Shown here: positions 41,453 to 54,115 of the stretch, piece by piece
Layout of the letters: each line of letters opens with the position of its first letter
How positions within the stretch are numbered: position 1 is the first letter of the stretch
Assembly (NCBI RefSeq): GCF_006345805.1
Contig: NW_021832611.1
Coordinates: 248,001-312,000, forward strand
Direction of reading: 5' to 3'
Length of the DNA stretch: 64,000 bases
Origin: Octopus sinensis
Lineage: Eukaryota
Made by a program: the position numbers and the translations under genes
The notes under the pieces: model-generated
The model's database searches: none
Told to the model about the DNA's origin: nothing
Seen by the model: only the letters and a program-made list of their open reading frames with translations

Positions 41453-42772
41453 TAATTATTATATTGGCTTGATCGACATTGAGCCTTCGAAATTCGAAAA
41501 TATTGACCTGCAAATCAGGGGCTTACTCGTCTCCTTCAAAATACATTTAAGCCGACAAACAAGGAGCGGCTGTATTTATGCAGGAAAAATCTTAGAAGAG
41601 GATTAACGTCGATTGTTTTTAAAAGTGAATTGATGCTATTCCAGTTCTTGGGTGGCCTTGAGAGAATATCTTCGGTTTGCCTGAGGAGGTCGGGGATTCT
41701 GCGATCAATTAAAACAAATAAATTGCACTTATCAAGGATCGCAGGATTTCTAGCCTCCAAATATGGTATTGAGAGAAAAGAAAGCATATGTGTGGAGTCT
41801 ATCAAAACAGCCCAGAAGTATTGGTTAATCAAGGGGATCGAATGTAAAGCTATGCATTCCATATTATTCAGATGTCTAAATGACCAGAATATTGATATAG
41901 AAACGTCAAGTGGATAGCTTTCGAGAGGAAATGTTTCTCCCAGAAGTGAGGCACTATATTGCCTACTGCAGGACAGAAATCTGTTTTTTTCAACCAAGGG
42001 AGCATTGTGCAATCATTGTATAAGAAGCAAAAAAACGGTTGGGCATTTGCCAACACAGTGTGGGAAAATGCTCAACAGTGATTACGTCAGAAGACATAAT
42101 GAGGTCGTGAGATGTATTCATCTCCATCTATGCAGGAAGTACTCAATCAGCAAAATCAAAAAATTGAAGGGGTATTCTGTCCAATCAATCATATCTACGC
42201 AAAATGTTAAAATACGTGTCGATTCTAAAATAATTACCGACACGAATATTCAGTGCAACAAGCCTGATATATTTGTGTACTACAAAACTAAAAATGAAAT
42301 TACTCTTATCGAAGTTGGAATCACTTCTCAAGACCACCTGAAGCAGGTCGAGGTCGAGAAATGCCATAAATACGATTTATTGGCAGGGGAGTTGTCCATT
42401 CTTAACGACGCTCAAGTGAAAATAATTCCACTGATTTTGACTTGGGACGGGGTCGTTTCCAAGTTTTTTAAAAAATACATTGAAAAGTTGGCTATCGAAG
42501 ACGCAACTCGGTCTTATATACAGTCAGTTGTATTGAAGAAAACATTGGAAAGTATTATTGTTGAGCACAGGCATGGGATCAGAATCACTGATGACGAGAT
42601 AAATTCAGCCAGTAGCCTTTTAATTGAAGCAAGTCATTCGTATAAAGATAATATGGAGAACGAGGGAAAAAGAGTCGTAACTAACCTGGAGACAGAGGAT
42701 CAAGGAGTGATGTTGGTTACTTCCTCCTCTAAAAGGAGGAGATTAACCTCCAGCGGACAACGGTCGGATTAA
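41453..42772 (+). mobile_element. R4/Dong-like non-LTR element, 3' half (CCHC + REL)
   Basis: NYYIGLIDIEP continues the 29682 fragment; CNHC..HLPTQC..RHNEVVR..KPDI..IEVG..KCHKY. Confidence 0.85.
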
Positions 42773-43071
42773 TATCAATTAAATAATATTAACTTAATTA
42801 ATTTGTGTAATTTCCAAGTAACTAAAAAAATTGTTTTTAGTCAAAACAAGAGTTTTTAGTTTGAAAAGTCTCACTTTTGGTCATAAAATAAATTTTAAAT
42901 TTCAAAAAAACCAATATACAAAATTTGTTCACTCAGTTAAATAAGCAGTGTTACTGCTGTGTGCGAAGCAAGTACGCTTCATTGATCGGCAACAACATAT
43001 TCTTAATTATTTAATCTATTTTCAACACCAATCCACAAATATAGATAAAAAGAGTTTTTCAAAACAACAAA

Positions 43072-44108
43072 TTAGAAGACCTTATTTAACGTCCAAATAG
43101 CTGTTTCATATCCCATGAAACACATCTAAAATATACAAAGAAGAGAACTGCATTTGCAAAAAATGCTCTGACAATGACAGGAGCGAATCCTCTATAGAAT
43201 CCTAGAGGACCACCCTCCCTCATAATTTCAGAAACAACATCTCTCAACCCATTCGGATACGTATTCACGGAAGCTACAAAATTATACAACTAAAAATGTC
43301 AAACCAGTCTGAAAACGAGATTTAATCATATCCTGAGGCATTGAGACGACCCAATTGAATACACCAGCCATTCCTCCTGCAAATAACGTTTTAAGAGGAC
43401 TAAGTCCCTCATCAGACGATAGTTTGTCCTTTAATAAATTATAGGTAAGAAAATATGCTCCACTTCCGGGTACATCTATAATTTGGGTGAAAAGCTATTT
43501 TATAACCTCTGTACAGTGTTAGGAGACTTCCTTTATATATTGATCGCATCCCACCTTCTTTAAATAATTTTTTTGCACAGTCAATAGGCCCATTGTAAAG
43601 TTTAACTTGAGAATTTGTCTGTACTTGTAATAGACATTTTATTCTCTCTCCAGGTGCCATCAGAATAACCGTAAATATCCCAGATAATAATCCAGCTGAT
43701 AATATATTTGTATATCTTAATTAATATATTTAATTTTTTATAAAAAATGTTTTAAAAATTTAATACGTTGGCTTTTGTGTGTAGTTTGTCCCCAATTGTA
43801 AGCGAAGACCCACGTTGTAGCCAAAAAAGCATAAAGCATATATTGGGGCTACTCCGACAATCGGAGCTCCCATTCCTTTATAAAATCCAAAAAATCCCTG
43901 ATAAAAATATTTCTAGTACTTCATTTTTCAATATTTTTCGAGCACAATCAGTAGCATTTGTGTAGACAGGAGATAGCCCATTCGAAGTAGCGGTTGACGT
44001 CTGAAGCCTTACTTTAATAGTATCAAATGGAAATCCGGAAGCAACGAGACAGGTTCCTCCAAACCCCCCTGCCAGGAGATCTTTAAATAAACTTTGCTGA
44101 CCAGTCAT
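43072..44108 (-). CDS. SLC25A20: Mitochondrial carnitine/acylcarnitine carrier
   Basis: [17 protein letters not shown]; [13 protein letters not shown]; [10 protein letters not shown]; RAFFANA. Confidence 0.88.
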
Positions 44109-44789
44109 CTTTAGTAATACTAAACTAGTTTTTGTAACTCTATTAATTAATAATTTTAAAAGTTATTACTTCAATGATAAACCAACAAAATTGGAATGTA
44201 AATAAATCTATTTAGAAATTCAATAACAATTTACATTTTTTCAAATTAATTAAATAATAAATAATAGACAAAATTTTTAAATAATTGATCAAGTTTTGTT
44301 TATACTGATTAATATCTAGATTTTTGTATATCAGTCATAGTTTTTTAATCTTTTTTTAACTTTGAATTAGTTTATTTAGTAATAAATCCATACCTAAAAA
44401 TTTTTCGCAATAAATTTATTCAGTCGAAGCTCGTTATGAGACAGACTTTGGCTATGAGGTATTTTGCTTCAGATTCTTAATAATTAATAAAAAATGAACT
44501 TCTTTATGAACCAATTTAAATATTTTAAAACAATTTTTTCTAAATTACTTCATTATTATTTATTTCTTATTTTTTGTCCGTCACTTGGTCATTTTTTTAA
44601 TATTTTCTATGTTCTTAAAAGTTATGAATGCCTAAACTAAAAATTAATTGTGGAAAAAAATTAAATATTCAAAAAACAATATTTCAGAACGTATAAGTGA
44701 ATAGATTTACTGTTGGAAATTCTGGAACATCAATGTCATATAAAAATGCAAGGAAAATAAACTTAACAAAAAAATCAATAAAGTTTTTA

Positions 44790-46030
44790 AAGAAGTGGAA
44801 TCAAACCAAGTGGGACTAACAGTAAACTAAGTGGGTTAAATAACGAACTAAATGAGATCAATAAATGATTAAGTTTATTATAAATATTATATTTCGGTCC
44901 AGAAAATAAAACTGCCACGTAAATCATTGGAAGAGAGAAATCAAATGCATAGAAATAAAATATATTTAATTGGATCAGGTGGGGATTTGAAAAAACGGCA
45001 ATTGAACTCAATATCTCGAAAAAAACGGCATATTGTTGGATAAGAAATGGAGTTAAACCTGACACTAGAGGTGGAAATTATTTTAAAAAAGTTTAAAGGA
45101 GAACATGTCGACTCTTTTATATTATGCTTTAAAGACGATAACCCAACTACACCTCATGGAATAAAAAAATTGAATTAAATTTTCTGCAATTATCAATGTA
45201 AAAATCGAGTATTGCTTGACATCTCTGTATACATTAAAGAAATCGAGATTCAAGCCTCAAAAAGCAAACTGTTAAATTAACAAAATCAAAAGAAAGTAAT
45301 TTGTTGAAAAATATTTAAAATTTTAATATGAAAACAAACCAACTTTCTTCATAGATGAATCGAGCTTTAATCTCAATATCAGCAGTAGAAAGAACAAGAT
45401 GCACTACTTTAGCTGCTGCATCAAAAAGTCAAATATGCATATAATTGGATGCATCTTAAATCTAGAACTCATTTACTATGAAATCCAAAGAGGAGCTTTA
45501 AAAAAAGAGTAGGCTTGTCATTAGATGAATACTTGTTTGATGCAAGCACAGATTAAACATGGTGGTCCAGTTATTGTAATGTTGGAAAATGCACCAGCTC
45601 ATAGTGATATCGAAGAAGTTCTTCGATTGGAGAGTTTATTGATTTTCACATTCTTTGTCTTGGTCCGTACAGTCCAATGTTTAATCCCATCGAAAATGTA
45701 TAGTCAAAAATAATAACTCACGTGAAAAAAAGACATCTCTTCTCTAAAAAACCAAATTTTATTCTAACAAGAGGAAGGTTTTTCAATTAAAGAATATCGA
45801 ACACGGATATTTACAAAATAATTGTAGATAGAATAAAAACAATTCAAATCTAAAGATTGTGTAAGATTTATTTATGGAATACAGGGAAGTATTGCTAACA
45901 CACTAAATATGGTTAACATTAAATTTTAAACAAAAAATTTTTTAGGGTTAATCCAATTTAGTTTGCTATTAATTCCATATTGTTTGATATCAAAAAAGTC
46001 ATTGATTCCACTTAGTTTTTTGCTGATCCC
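44790..46030 (+). mobile_element. IS630/Tc1-superfamily transposon remnant
   Basis: FIDES, MLENAPAH, PYSPMFNPIEN; inverted AAGTGGAATCA-type repeats at both ends; boundaries approximate. Confidence 0.6.
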
Positions 46031-46439
46031 GCTTAGTTTATTACCTTAATTACCCATAGTTAATTTCAAATTTAATCAATTATGTGATCACAAAAATTCT
46101 TTATGATATCTCATTCTTTTTCATTGCTAGCTTTGAGCATCGATATATCTCCGAAACGGACGCTGGCTTTGGGGGAGACAAACTAAATGAGTTGCCGTCC
46201 AGATAAAATTTTTAGATGGTCTTATTCGTGTATTATTACTTTTTATTTGACCAAAGGATTTTTGACCTTCGGTAGTCCTTGAAGTATTCCCCGCCATTAA
46301 TTAAAACGAATAATTTATCGCTTCTCGTTATTATAGTTCACTAATTATAACTAAAAATCACTCATTTACCTACTTAGTGGTAGAATTGTCAAAATAAATA
46401 TTAGTAAAACAAAATTTCCACCATTAAAAATAATTTATT

Positions 46440-47200
46440 TCAACAACAATTTGAATTTCTCTTTTTAAACGGTTCAGGTATAGTGATTTTCTGAGAATTT
46501 GGTAGAACATTTTCATTACTGTTTCCTGTAAGTGATTCATCGAAAGCCTTGTAAATCGCTAAAAATGACAATTTTAATGATTCACCCATAAAAAACTCGA
46601 AAAAAGCCTTTTCAACATTATGACCTGTTCGGGCCGATGTTTCCATAAACATCATATTATTCAACGCTAAAATTTAAAAATTAATAAACAACCTGCAAAG
46701 TTCTTTCCAGCAATTTTAGTAATTACCCTATCTCCTTCCAAATCAGATTTATTTCCCACAAGTAGAGGTAAAAAAAATTTCGAACCAATATATTTTTTGG
46801 CTTCGTTTAACCAATTGGTGAGTGAGTCAAAGGAAGAAATTGAGGTCACGTCGTATGCTAAAATTATTCCATGGGCCCCTCGATAATGTCTTTAATTTTT
46901 AAAAATAAAAAATACCCAGAGCCGACTGATTTAAAACGCTCCTGACCCGCAGTGTCCCAAATTTGGACTGTGATTGTTTTTCCTTTGATTTCAAGAGTTC
47001 TTTATGAGTCAGAATGTTTAAAAAATACTTGGTTAAAAATTCGACTCCAATTGTCGCTTTTGTATTCTCTTGAAATTTTTTTCGCACATAACTATTGAGC
47101 AACTGACTTTTCCCAACGCTTGAATCTCCAATCAAGACAACTAATAAAAGTTTAAGAATATAAAACCACAACTACCTTTAAAGAGAAGTTTTTCACTCAT
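46440..47200 (-). CDS. Rab GTPase (Rab11-like)
   Basis: [35 protein letters not shown]-terminal CC. Confidence 0.9.
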
Positions 47201-47402
47201 CAATATGTATAAACTACAACGCTACTGGTCTAATTATTGAAACAAGTTCTATATATATTTATTACTAAAAAACGAAATAATTAAATTATTTCTATATTTG
47301 AATATACTTGTCTTTAAGTTCATAAATAGATTGACTACAGTAAACCCCTCTAAACCGACTCCTCGGTATACCGGGATAAACTCCGGTCTTGTCACCATAG
47401 AC

Positions 47403-49118
47403 CAGAGGTTTCCAAGCTTTTTTTTACGCGCCTTTCTTAGAGAAAAGTACAATCTTGCGCCTCCCTTTATATTCCATAAATAATACAATTATTATTATCA
47501 AAACCAATTTTTTAAAACAAAAGTAATGAGATAATTTTTTATCCATCTTGGCGCAAAGTTTTCAAATCTTGGTGTCATCGCAGAGAGTGCTACTCTTAGC
47601 TCATTAGTCACTACTAACGAGTTCGATATTAGATTTAATTGCAGCTAGTGCAGAAAATCCAGTTCGCATAAATATGAAGTAGCAAATGGCAACAAAACTT
47701 TCTTGCTTATTCGACAAATTTCATATCCGTTTACATTCAACCAAAGAATTAGGGTTCTCTCTCAAATTTTTGTTTCAATAATGTATCGATGAAATTCTAA
47801 ATCTGCAACTTGATCTTTGAGTTCAAAACACCCTTCTAATCACTTTGAAAGAGATAGCCAGCGTACCTCACAATAGTATAAAAGCGATGTATTTGAATCC
47901 AATCTTCACACAGCTTTGCAAAAAGCGTAGCTCTTAAAGGCATGTGTTTTATGTAGTTTATAACTTTTGTAATTTGCGCAAACATAATCGTCGTTCTGGA
48001 CTCTATTCTTTGAGACAAGTGCTGATCTGTGCAGCATGCAGTGCGTCCAGATAATTTCTGGTGCTCTGTTTTTTACAAGAGCTGAAGACCAGATTTATTT
48101 CCTGACATTGACTTGCTCCGTCTGTACAAAGTCCAACACAATTGACCATTCATGTATTTTCAAAAAAAGTATCAATTATATTATTAAAAATTTTCATTGG
48201 CCGTGCTCCTTCCAGGAAATGGTTTGCAGAATAATAGATCTTCTATTATTGTACTTTCTTCAGCATATCGACATATGCAATTAAAGTGCATTTTTATTTA
48301 TGTCAGCTCCCTCATCAACGTTATAGCAAATTTACAGTTACGTAGTCGAAGAAACCAAATGATCACAAAGATGCTTCAGATATGTCATCAAATTTCTAGC
48401 GACTGTGTTATCAGCAAGCGGTATTGCTGTTTAATTGTGTGCATAGGATTCGCCAAACATTGCTTCAACATACGATAGCTGCTGGCAAAAACTAGAGTTT
48501 CTCCGATATTGTGCGGTTCTTGCATGCAAATCCTGTAAGAAAACTTTGTACGAGCTAGTAAAGCATTTGAGAGACAGAAACATGTTTTAACGTTTCGTTT
48601 GGTTTATCAAACTCTTCTAATTTCTTTTAAAAATTCTTCAGACGTATGGACATGTTCAGAATGCATCGTTTCAAAATGTCTTCTTAATTTGCAATGGCCT
48701 CATACTATCTGCTGCAAGTGTTTTGAGGCAAAGCAAACAGAGGGGTTTTTCCATAGAATCAACAAAGATACGTTGTGAATTCCTAACAATAAGAAGCGGG
48801 AAAGTATTTTCTGTCTTTTGAGTGGTATGGTATGATTAATTCAATATTTTGATTATTGAAACCATCGTCAAAATCTTTATTATTCGTGAATTTTCTTTTG
48901 CAACCACTAAAGAATTTATTCATGTGTTAAAATTATTTAATGTCTAAAAATTAAATAAATTTTTGAAAAAATAAATTTTTAAATTAATAACTCTTATTAT
49001 CGAATTAGTCACGTTTTTTAAATAGATATAATTTCTAAAAATGTTTGAAATACTTTTCGCGCCTCCTTGATCGAGTCAACGCCTCCTAGGGAGCGCGACT
49101 CCCGGTTTGAAACCTCTG
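47403..49118 (-). mobile_element. hAT (Charlie/Buster-type) element, decayed
   Basis: TIR CAGAGGTTTCCAA / TTTGAAACCTCTG; 8-bp TSD CCATAGAC; KLRRHFETMH, WTHCMLHR, LLPFATSY. Confidence 0.9.
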
Positions 49119-49570
49119 CCATAGACCATCATTGCTATTTTATTTTCAATATACCGAATTTCCTCTATTCCGAATACCAACTGTATTTTGTGGTCCCAAC
49201 CTGAATTTTCTCACCTTCTGAAATCAATTTTTGATCTAATCCTATTAATCGCATTTAACCTTGAATTGAGAACAACGATAGAAATGTATATGAAGAACAA
49301 CTCGACAGAAAATTTAAAACTAAAAGATGATAACTGCAAAGAAAACAATTACGTTTCGAATTGTCTTTAAAAACAAACAATAAATGAATCTAACCAAACA
49401 CCTTAGTCAACACAAAAATTTCTCAACAAGAAGTATGGAGTTGGACTAGCACTATATTAGATAAACAATGGATTTTTTAACGAAAATTTGAGAATTATTA
49501 TGTCATTTAAAAAAAGATACAGAAGACTTTATTAATTAAATGTATATGTTTAATTCCAAATGAAAAGTAA

Positions 49571-49786
49571 TTAAGTAAGGAATGCGCAGAGGGGAAACTC
49601 CGGGGGGGCTAAAGCACGCACCCTCTTGCGGAAAGTACCGCATGCGTGTTGCCACGGAAAATAGCGATGGATATCCAATGCAATAGCCACGAAACCTCGC
49701 GTGGCTCTTTCATCCTGTGGGCCAATTTCCCCGATGTCGCTGATGAAGGCCGAGGTAAGAGGCCTGGCGACGCCCGATGTCTCCAA
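49571..49786 (-). mobile_element. CRE-like 3' fragment
   Basis: ETSGVARPLTSAFISDIG. Confidence 0.55.
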
Positions 49787-50033
49787 AGCGATTAATACAG
49801 AAGACTATTAATGACTCAACTTTTTGCCAAAATAAACATAGAAACCAATGCGACACCACTTGCAACAAATTCGTTTTGAATGTTATTAGGTGGATTAGCA
49901 CAGCTTCGATTGACGTGAAATCAAACAAAATTCCCTCTGCTTTAATAATTGTGGTATTCCAGTCAAAATATAAGATATAAACGACAATCTCTAAAACAAT
50001 TAACTTTTTATACTCCTCATGAATAGACTAGTC

Positions 50034-51104
50034 CAGGGGTCGGCAAAAGCAGGCTCACGAGCCTTTGAAGGCTCTTTAACTCTTTCGGTAGGCTCTTTCA
50101 ATTTTTAACTATTTTTTTTTATAAATGATTTCAATTTTTAACTATTTTTTTTGTTTTGTTAATAACAAAAAATCTTTGCACGTTTAACATTAATTTTTTG
50201 TGGTACATCGATATATGCCTAGCAAGAAAAAAATTAATAAAAAATCGATAATGAGCGACATTTTCAATCAAAATGGACTGAAACTTTTGCATTCACGCCT
50301 AATTCAGAACAACTACCGAAATTGCCAGGAAACTTTGAATCAAAATAAAAAGTCAAATTCAGAGAGACACTTTAACACAAAACACTCAAATTTCGCCAAA
50401 AAATATCCAATTGGTGATTCCCGAAAGAAAGCTGTGGAAGAACTTACAAAGAATAATCAGTTCGAGAATTCTGCTTTTAAATGTTGGTCTGACAATGCCA
50501 GGACTGCAAATATTGCCAGTTTTTTAATAAGCCACGAGATCGCAAAAGCCACGAGATCGCCGATGGGGAATTGGTCCCAAATCGCAAAAAGGGAAACAAA
50601 ATGTGGCGCGCCATAACTGAAACGGGCGCCAGACGTGTAACATTTTGGCCTTGCATTTTAACCTTCAAATGTCATTTAATTGTTTCAGTTATGGCGCGTG
50701 ACACAAAATATTTTACATTTTCCTAAATTACGCCAATATTTGAAAGAAAATGATCGAACTATAAATAAAACTTATTTTAAAAATGTTCTTTTGTATATGA
50801 ATGAATCTTTCAATGACAGGTTAAAAATGAATGTTTAATATAAAAAGGTTTAAGAATTTTAGAAAAGAAAAGCAACACTATCGTTCGTTATAAACCCTCT
50901 ATGTGCTAAAGTCAGCAATTTAAATTAATGCATCTAATTAATTTAATTTTCTAAAATGAATTTTTAATTATTTTTTTAATTAATGTCTATTTAATTTTAT
51001 GAATTTAAATTTTTGACAAGTGGTAAAAGGTGGCTCTTCAATTTTTCGAAATTTCCAAAAATGTTCAAAATTGGCTCTTCTCCAAAAGTATTTGCCGACC
51101 CCTG
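50034..51104 (+). mobile_element. Non-autonomous hAT (SPIN/Buster-like)
   Basis: TIR CAGGGGTCGGCAAA / TTTGCCGACCCCTG; 8-bp TSD GACTAGTC; ERHFNTKH N-terminal remnant. Confidence 0.9.
50602..50703. mobile_element. 102-bp Ginger-like MITE nested in the hAT
   Basis: 22-bp TIR TGTGGCGCGCCATAACTGAAAC / GTTTCAGTTATGGCGCGTGACA; 5-bp TSD CAAAA. Confidence 0.8.
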
Positions 51105-51871
51105 GACTAGTCGATAATCTAATGATAGAAAAATTTGCCAGCTTAGACTTAAAATCACTTAAAATCCAAAGATTGGGAATCATCCCTATTTAGACAATAC
51201 CAAACACTTTCAGCTTCTGAAGATAATGACAGTAACTTGGAATTAATACGCACAAACGTTTAACAAATGCTAGACAAAATGAGCCACTTTGCTTGCACTC
51301 AAGATCCTGCATTACTCGATCCCGTCAACAGACTGATCTATTTGAACGATAAAGCAATTGCTGAATTGAAACTAAATAAGAAGTAATCCTTATTGACAGA
51401 TTTTTATTAATTTTAGGTTTCACTTTTTCGTTATACGTAAATTTAATGACTTCATGCCGGACAATTCTGTCGGTCTCAAAGGGAATCTGCGTAGAGAGGT
51501 TTTACTGTACTCGTCTACAGGTTCATAACTAATTGATTATCTGGAATATAAAACCAACCATGCTTCCTATTTGCATAATATGTCGCGAGCCGAGAGTGAA
51601 ACTATGGCAGGGTAAAACCACTATAACAGCAGTCATAAGTCAGGATAAAATAATTCGCGTTAAAAAATTACGTCAATTTAATAGACTAGAAAGGATATTC
51701 GTTAAAAATGATTAAAAGCATAACTTACTGAAATACATCTTTGAATAGCAAGATGTAGCTATTCCGAAAGTTATCTTAATAATAAAATGGTATGGTGTGT
51801 GTCTGTCTGTCTGTGTGTCTGTCTGTGTGTCTGTCTGTCTGTCTGTGTGTGCACACCAACTTCAAATTGGC

Positions 51872-52860
51872 AATACGATGTCCTCGACTTACATGATGAG
51901 GTCCTTAAAACCTTCCCCCCAAAAAAATTAAAAAAAATTTTCTGCATTTTGGTTAAAATGAACAACTACGATGTCCTCGACTTACATGATGAGGTCCTTA
52001 AAACCTTCCCCCCCAAAAAAATTAAAAAAAAATTTTCTGCATTTTGGTTAAAATGAACAACTACAATGTCCTCGACTTACATGATGAAGTCCTTAAAACC
52101 TCCCCCCCAAAAAAATTAAAAAAAATTTTCTGCATTTTGGTTAAAATGAACAACTACAATGTCCTCGACTTACATGATGAAGTCCTTAAAACCTTCCCCC
52201 CCAAAAAAATTAAAAAAAAATTTTCTGCATTTTGGTTAAAATGAACAACTACAATGTCCTCGACTTACATGATGAAGTCCTTAAAACCTTCCCCCCCAAA
52301 AAAATTAAAAAAAAATTTTCTGCATTTTGGTTAAAATGAACAACTACAATGTCCTCGACTTACATGATGAAGTCCTTAAAACCTTCCCCCCCAAAAAAAT
52401 TAAAAAAAAATTTTCTGCATTTTGGTTAAAATGAACAACTACAATGTCCTCGACTTACATGATGAAGTCCTTAAAACCTTCCCCCCCAAAAAAATTAAAA
52501 AAAAAATTTTCTGCATTTTGGTTAAAATGAACAACTACAATGTCCTCGACTTACATGATGAAGTCCTTAAAACCTTCCCCCCCAAAAAAATTAAAAAAAA
52601 TTTTCTGCATTTTGGTTAAAATGAACAACTACAATGTCCTCGACTTACATGATGAAGTCCTTAAAACCTTCCCCCCAAAAAAAATTAAAAAAAAATTTTC
52701 TGCATTTTGGTTAAAATGAACAACTACAATGTCCTCGACTTACATGATGAAGTCCTTAAAACCTTTCCCCCAAAAAATCAAAAAATTATTTTCTGCATTT
52801 TGATTAAAATGAACAACGCGAATGTCCTCGAAATTCATGATGAGGTCCATTAAAACCTTC
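51872..52860 (+). repeat. About 94-bp tandem minisatellite, 10-11 copies
   Basis: Unit AACTACAATGTCCTCGACTTACATGATGAAGTCCTTAAAACCTTCCCCCC...TTTTCTGCATTTTGGTTAAAATGAAC. Confidence 0.95.
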
Positions 52861-53070
52861 AAGGCAAAAATCTCACGTATTAAGAATATCCTTGATGAAA
52901 ACGACAGCGAGAATATTAACAATGATGAACTCCCAATTATTCGCGATAAAGAAATTCAATTCATCCTATGTTTTTCTCTTTAAATTAAATGCATATATCA
53001 TTATCGACCATGAATCAAAATTAAAGCTATTATCATATTTGACTTTGACAGAATGTGCAATCACAGATTG

Positions 53071-53275
53071 CACGACTTTGAATAGAGTGTGCAATTAACA
53101 GATTTTGAAAAACCACTTTGATAGTTGAAACCACATTAGCACAATCATTAACACAATTTACCACCAATTGACGCACGACCTTGAATAGAGTGTGCAATTA
53201 ACAGATTTTGAAAAACACTTTGATAGTTGAAACCACATTAGCACAACCATTAACACAATTTACCACCAATTGACA
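53071..53275 (+). repeat. About 103-bp tandem duplication inside the Helitron
   Basis: CACGAC.TTGAATAGAGTGTGCAATTAACAG...ACCACCAATTGAC occurs twice. Confidence 0.9.
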
Positions 53276-54115
53276 GCGCAATCAGAAGAATTTGCGTAAA
53301 AATATTAACTATTTACTTGAGTTTTTCGTAAAGATAGAATTTATTTTCGGTATGCCTCTTTTCCTAAACTTTTTTATTATTCAAAAATAATTTTTTAAAT
53401 AGATAACCGAAGGAGGAAAAACGAAGCTGAAGAAAAAACGGTCAGCTTAATAAGGTAATTAATTAAATCTTTTTTGTGTGTCGCTTTTTTGTGTGTCGCT
53501 TTCTTGCCTGCCGCATTTCCGCCTGCCGCATCTCCCCCTGCCCCATTTCCGCCAGTAAAAAACAAAAAGAGAAAAAAAAGGAAATTACAAAGGAAAAATG
53601 AAAAAATTAAATATAAAAAAAAATAAACCACAAAAAATGAAAAAAAAAGTGTGCAATGACAATAAACAAGGCCCAGGGACAGTCATTAAAGGTAGTTGGG
53701 TTATTTTTAGAGAGTGAGTGCTTTTCACATGGACAGCTGTATGTGGGATGCTCGAGGGTAGGCAGAAGAGAAAATTTATTCATATATGCCAAGGAAGGAC
53801 GGACGACAAACATCGTTATCAACAGGCGATAGAATAGGGTTACATTTAACCAGGTAGTTTTATACATCTACATAAACTTATAGTTGTTTGATGAAACAGG
53901 CCCTCCGCAGGAGCTAGGTCGCGGTGAGCGAAGCGAGCTGCCGAGCTAGTGTGTTATAATTTTTTCAAATCTTTATATATATTTGATAATCATACTCTCG
54001 AAATAATTTCCATACATATTTGGATAAATAACTTGACTATAAAAATCTAACCAAATAATACATAAAACATCCACCACATAAAAAAATTAAACAAGTTTTA
54101 TAATGCCCCAAATCA

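Larger units (their letters stand above)
51774..53949 (+). mobile_element. Non-autonomous Helitron
   Basis: A^TC 5' end followed by a (GTCT)n microsatellite; Pif1 C-terminus [25 protein letters not shown] at about 53650-53820; GC-rich end and CTAG^T. Confidence 0.85.

Noticed and set aside
51112-51720. Penelope-like RT remnant (KFASLDLKSL)
   Set aside because: Single short motif; too decayed to support a call
51872-52860. CRISPR-like array or repeat-protein ORFs
   Set aside because: No unique spacers; the unit is not a multiple of 3 and varies mainly in homopolymer lengths; eukaryotic Helitron context
53395-53631. Histone H1/protamine-like ORF (KKATHKKATHKK)
   Set aside because: Arises from short low-complexity repeats within the Helitron; no credible gene structure
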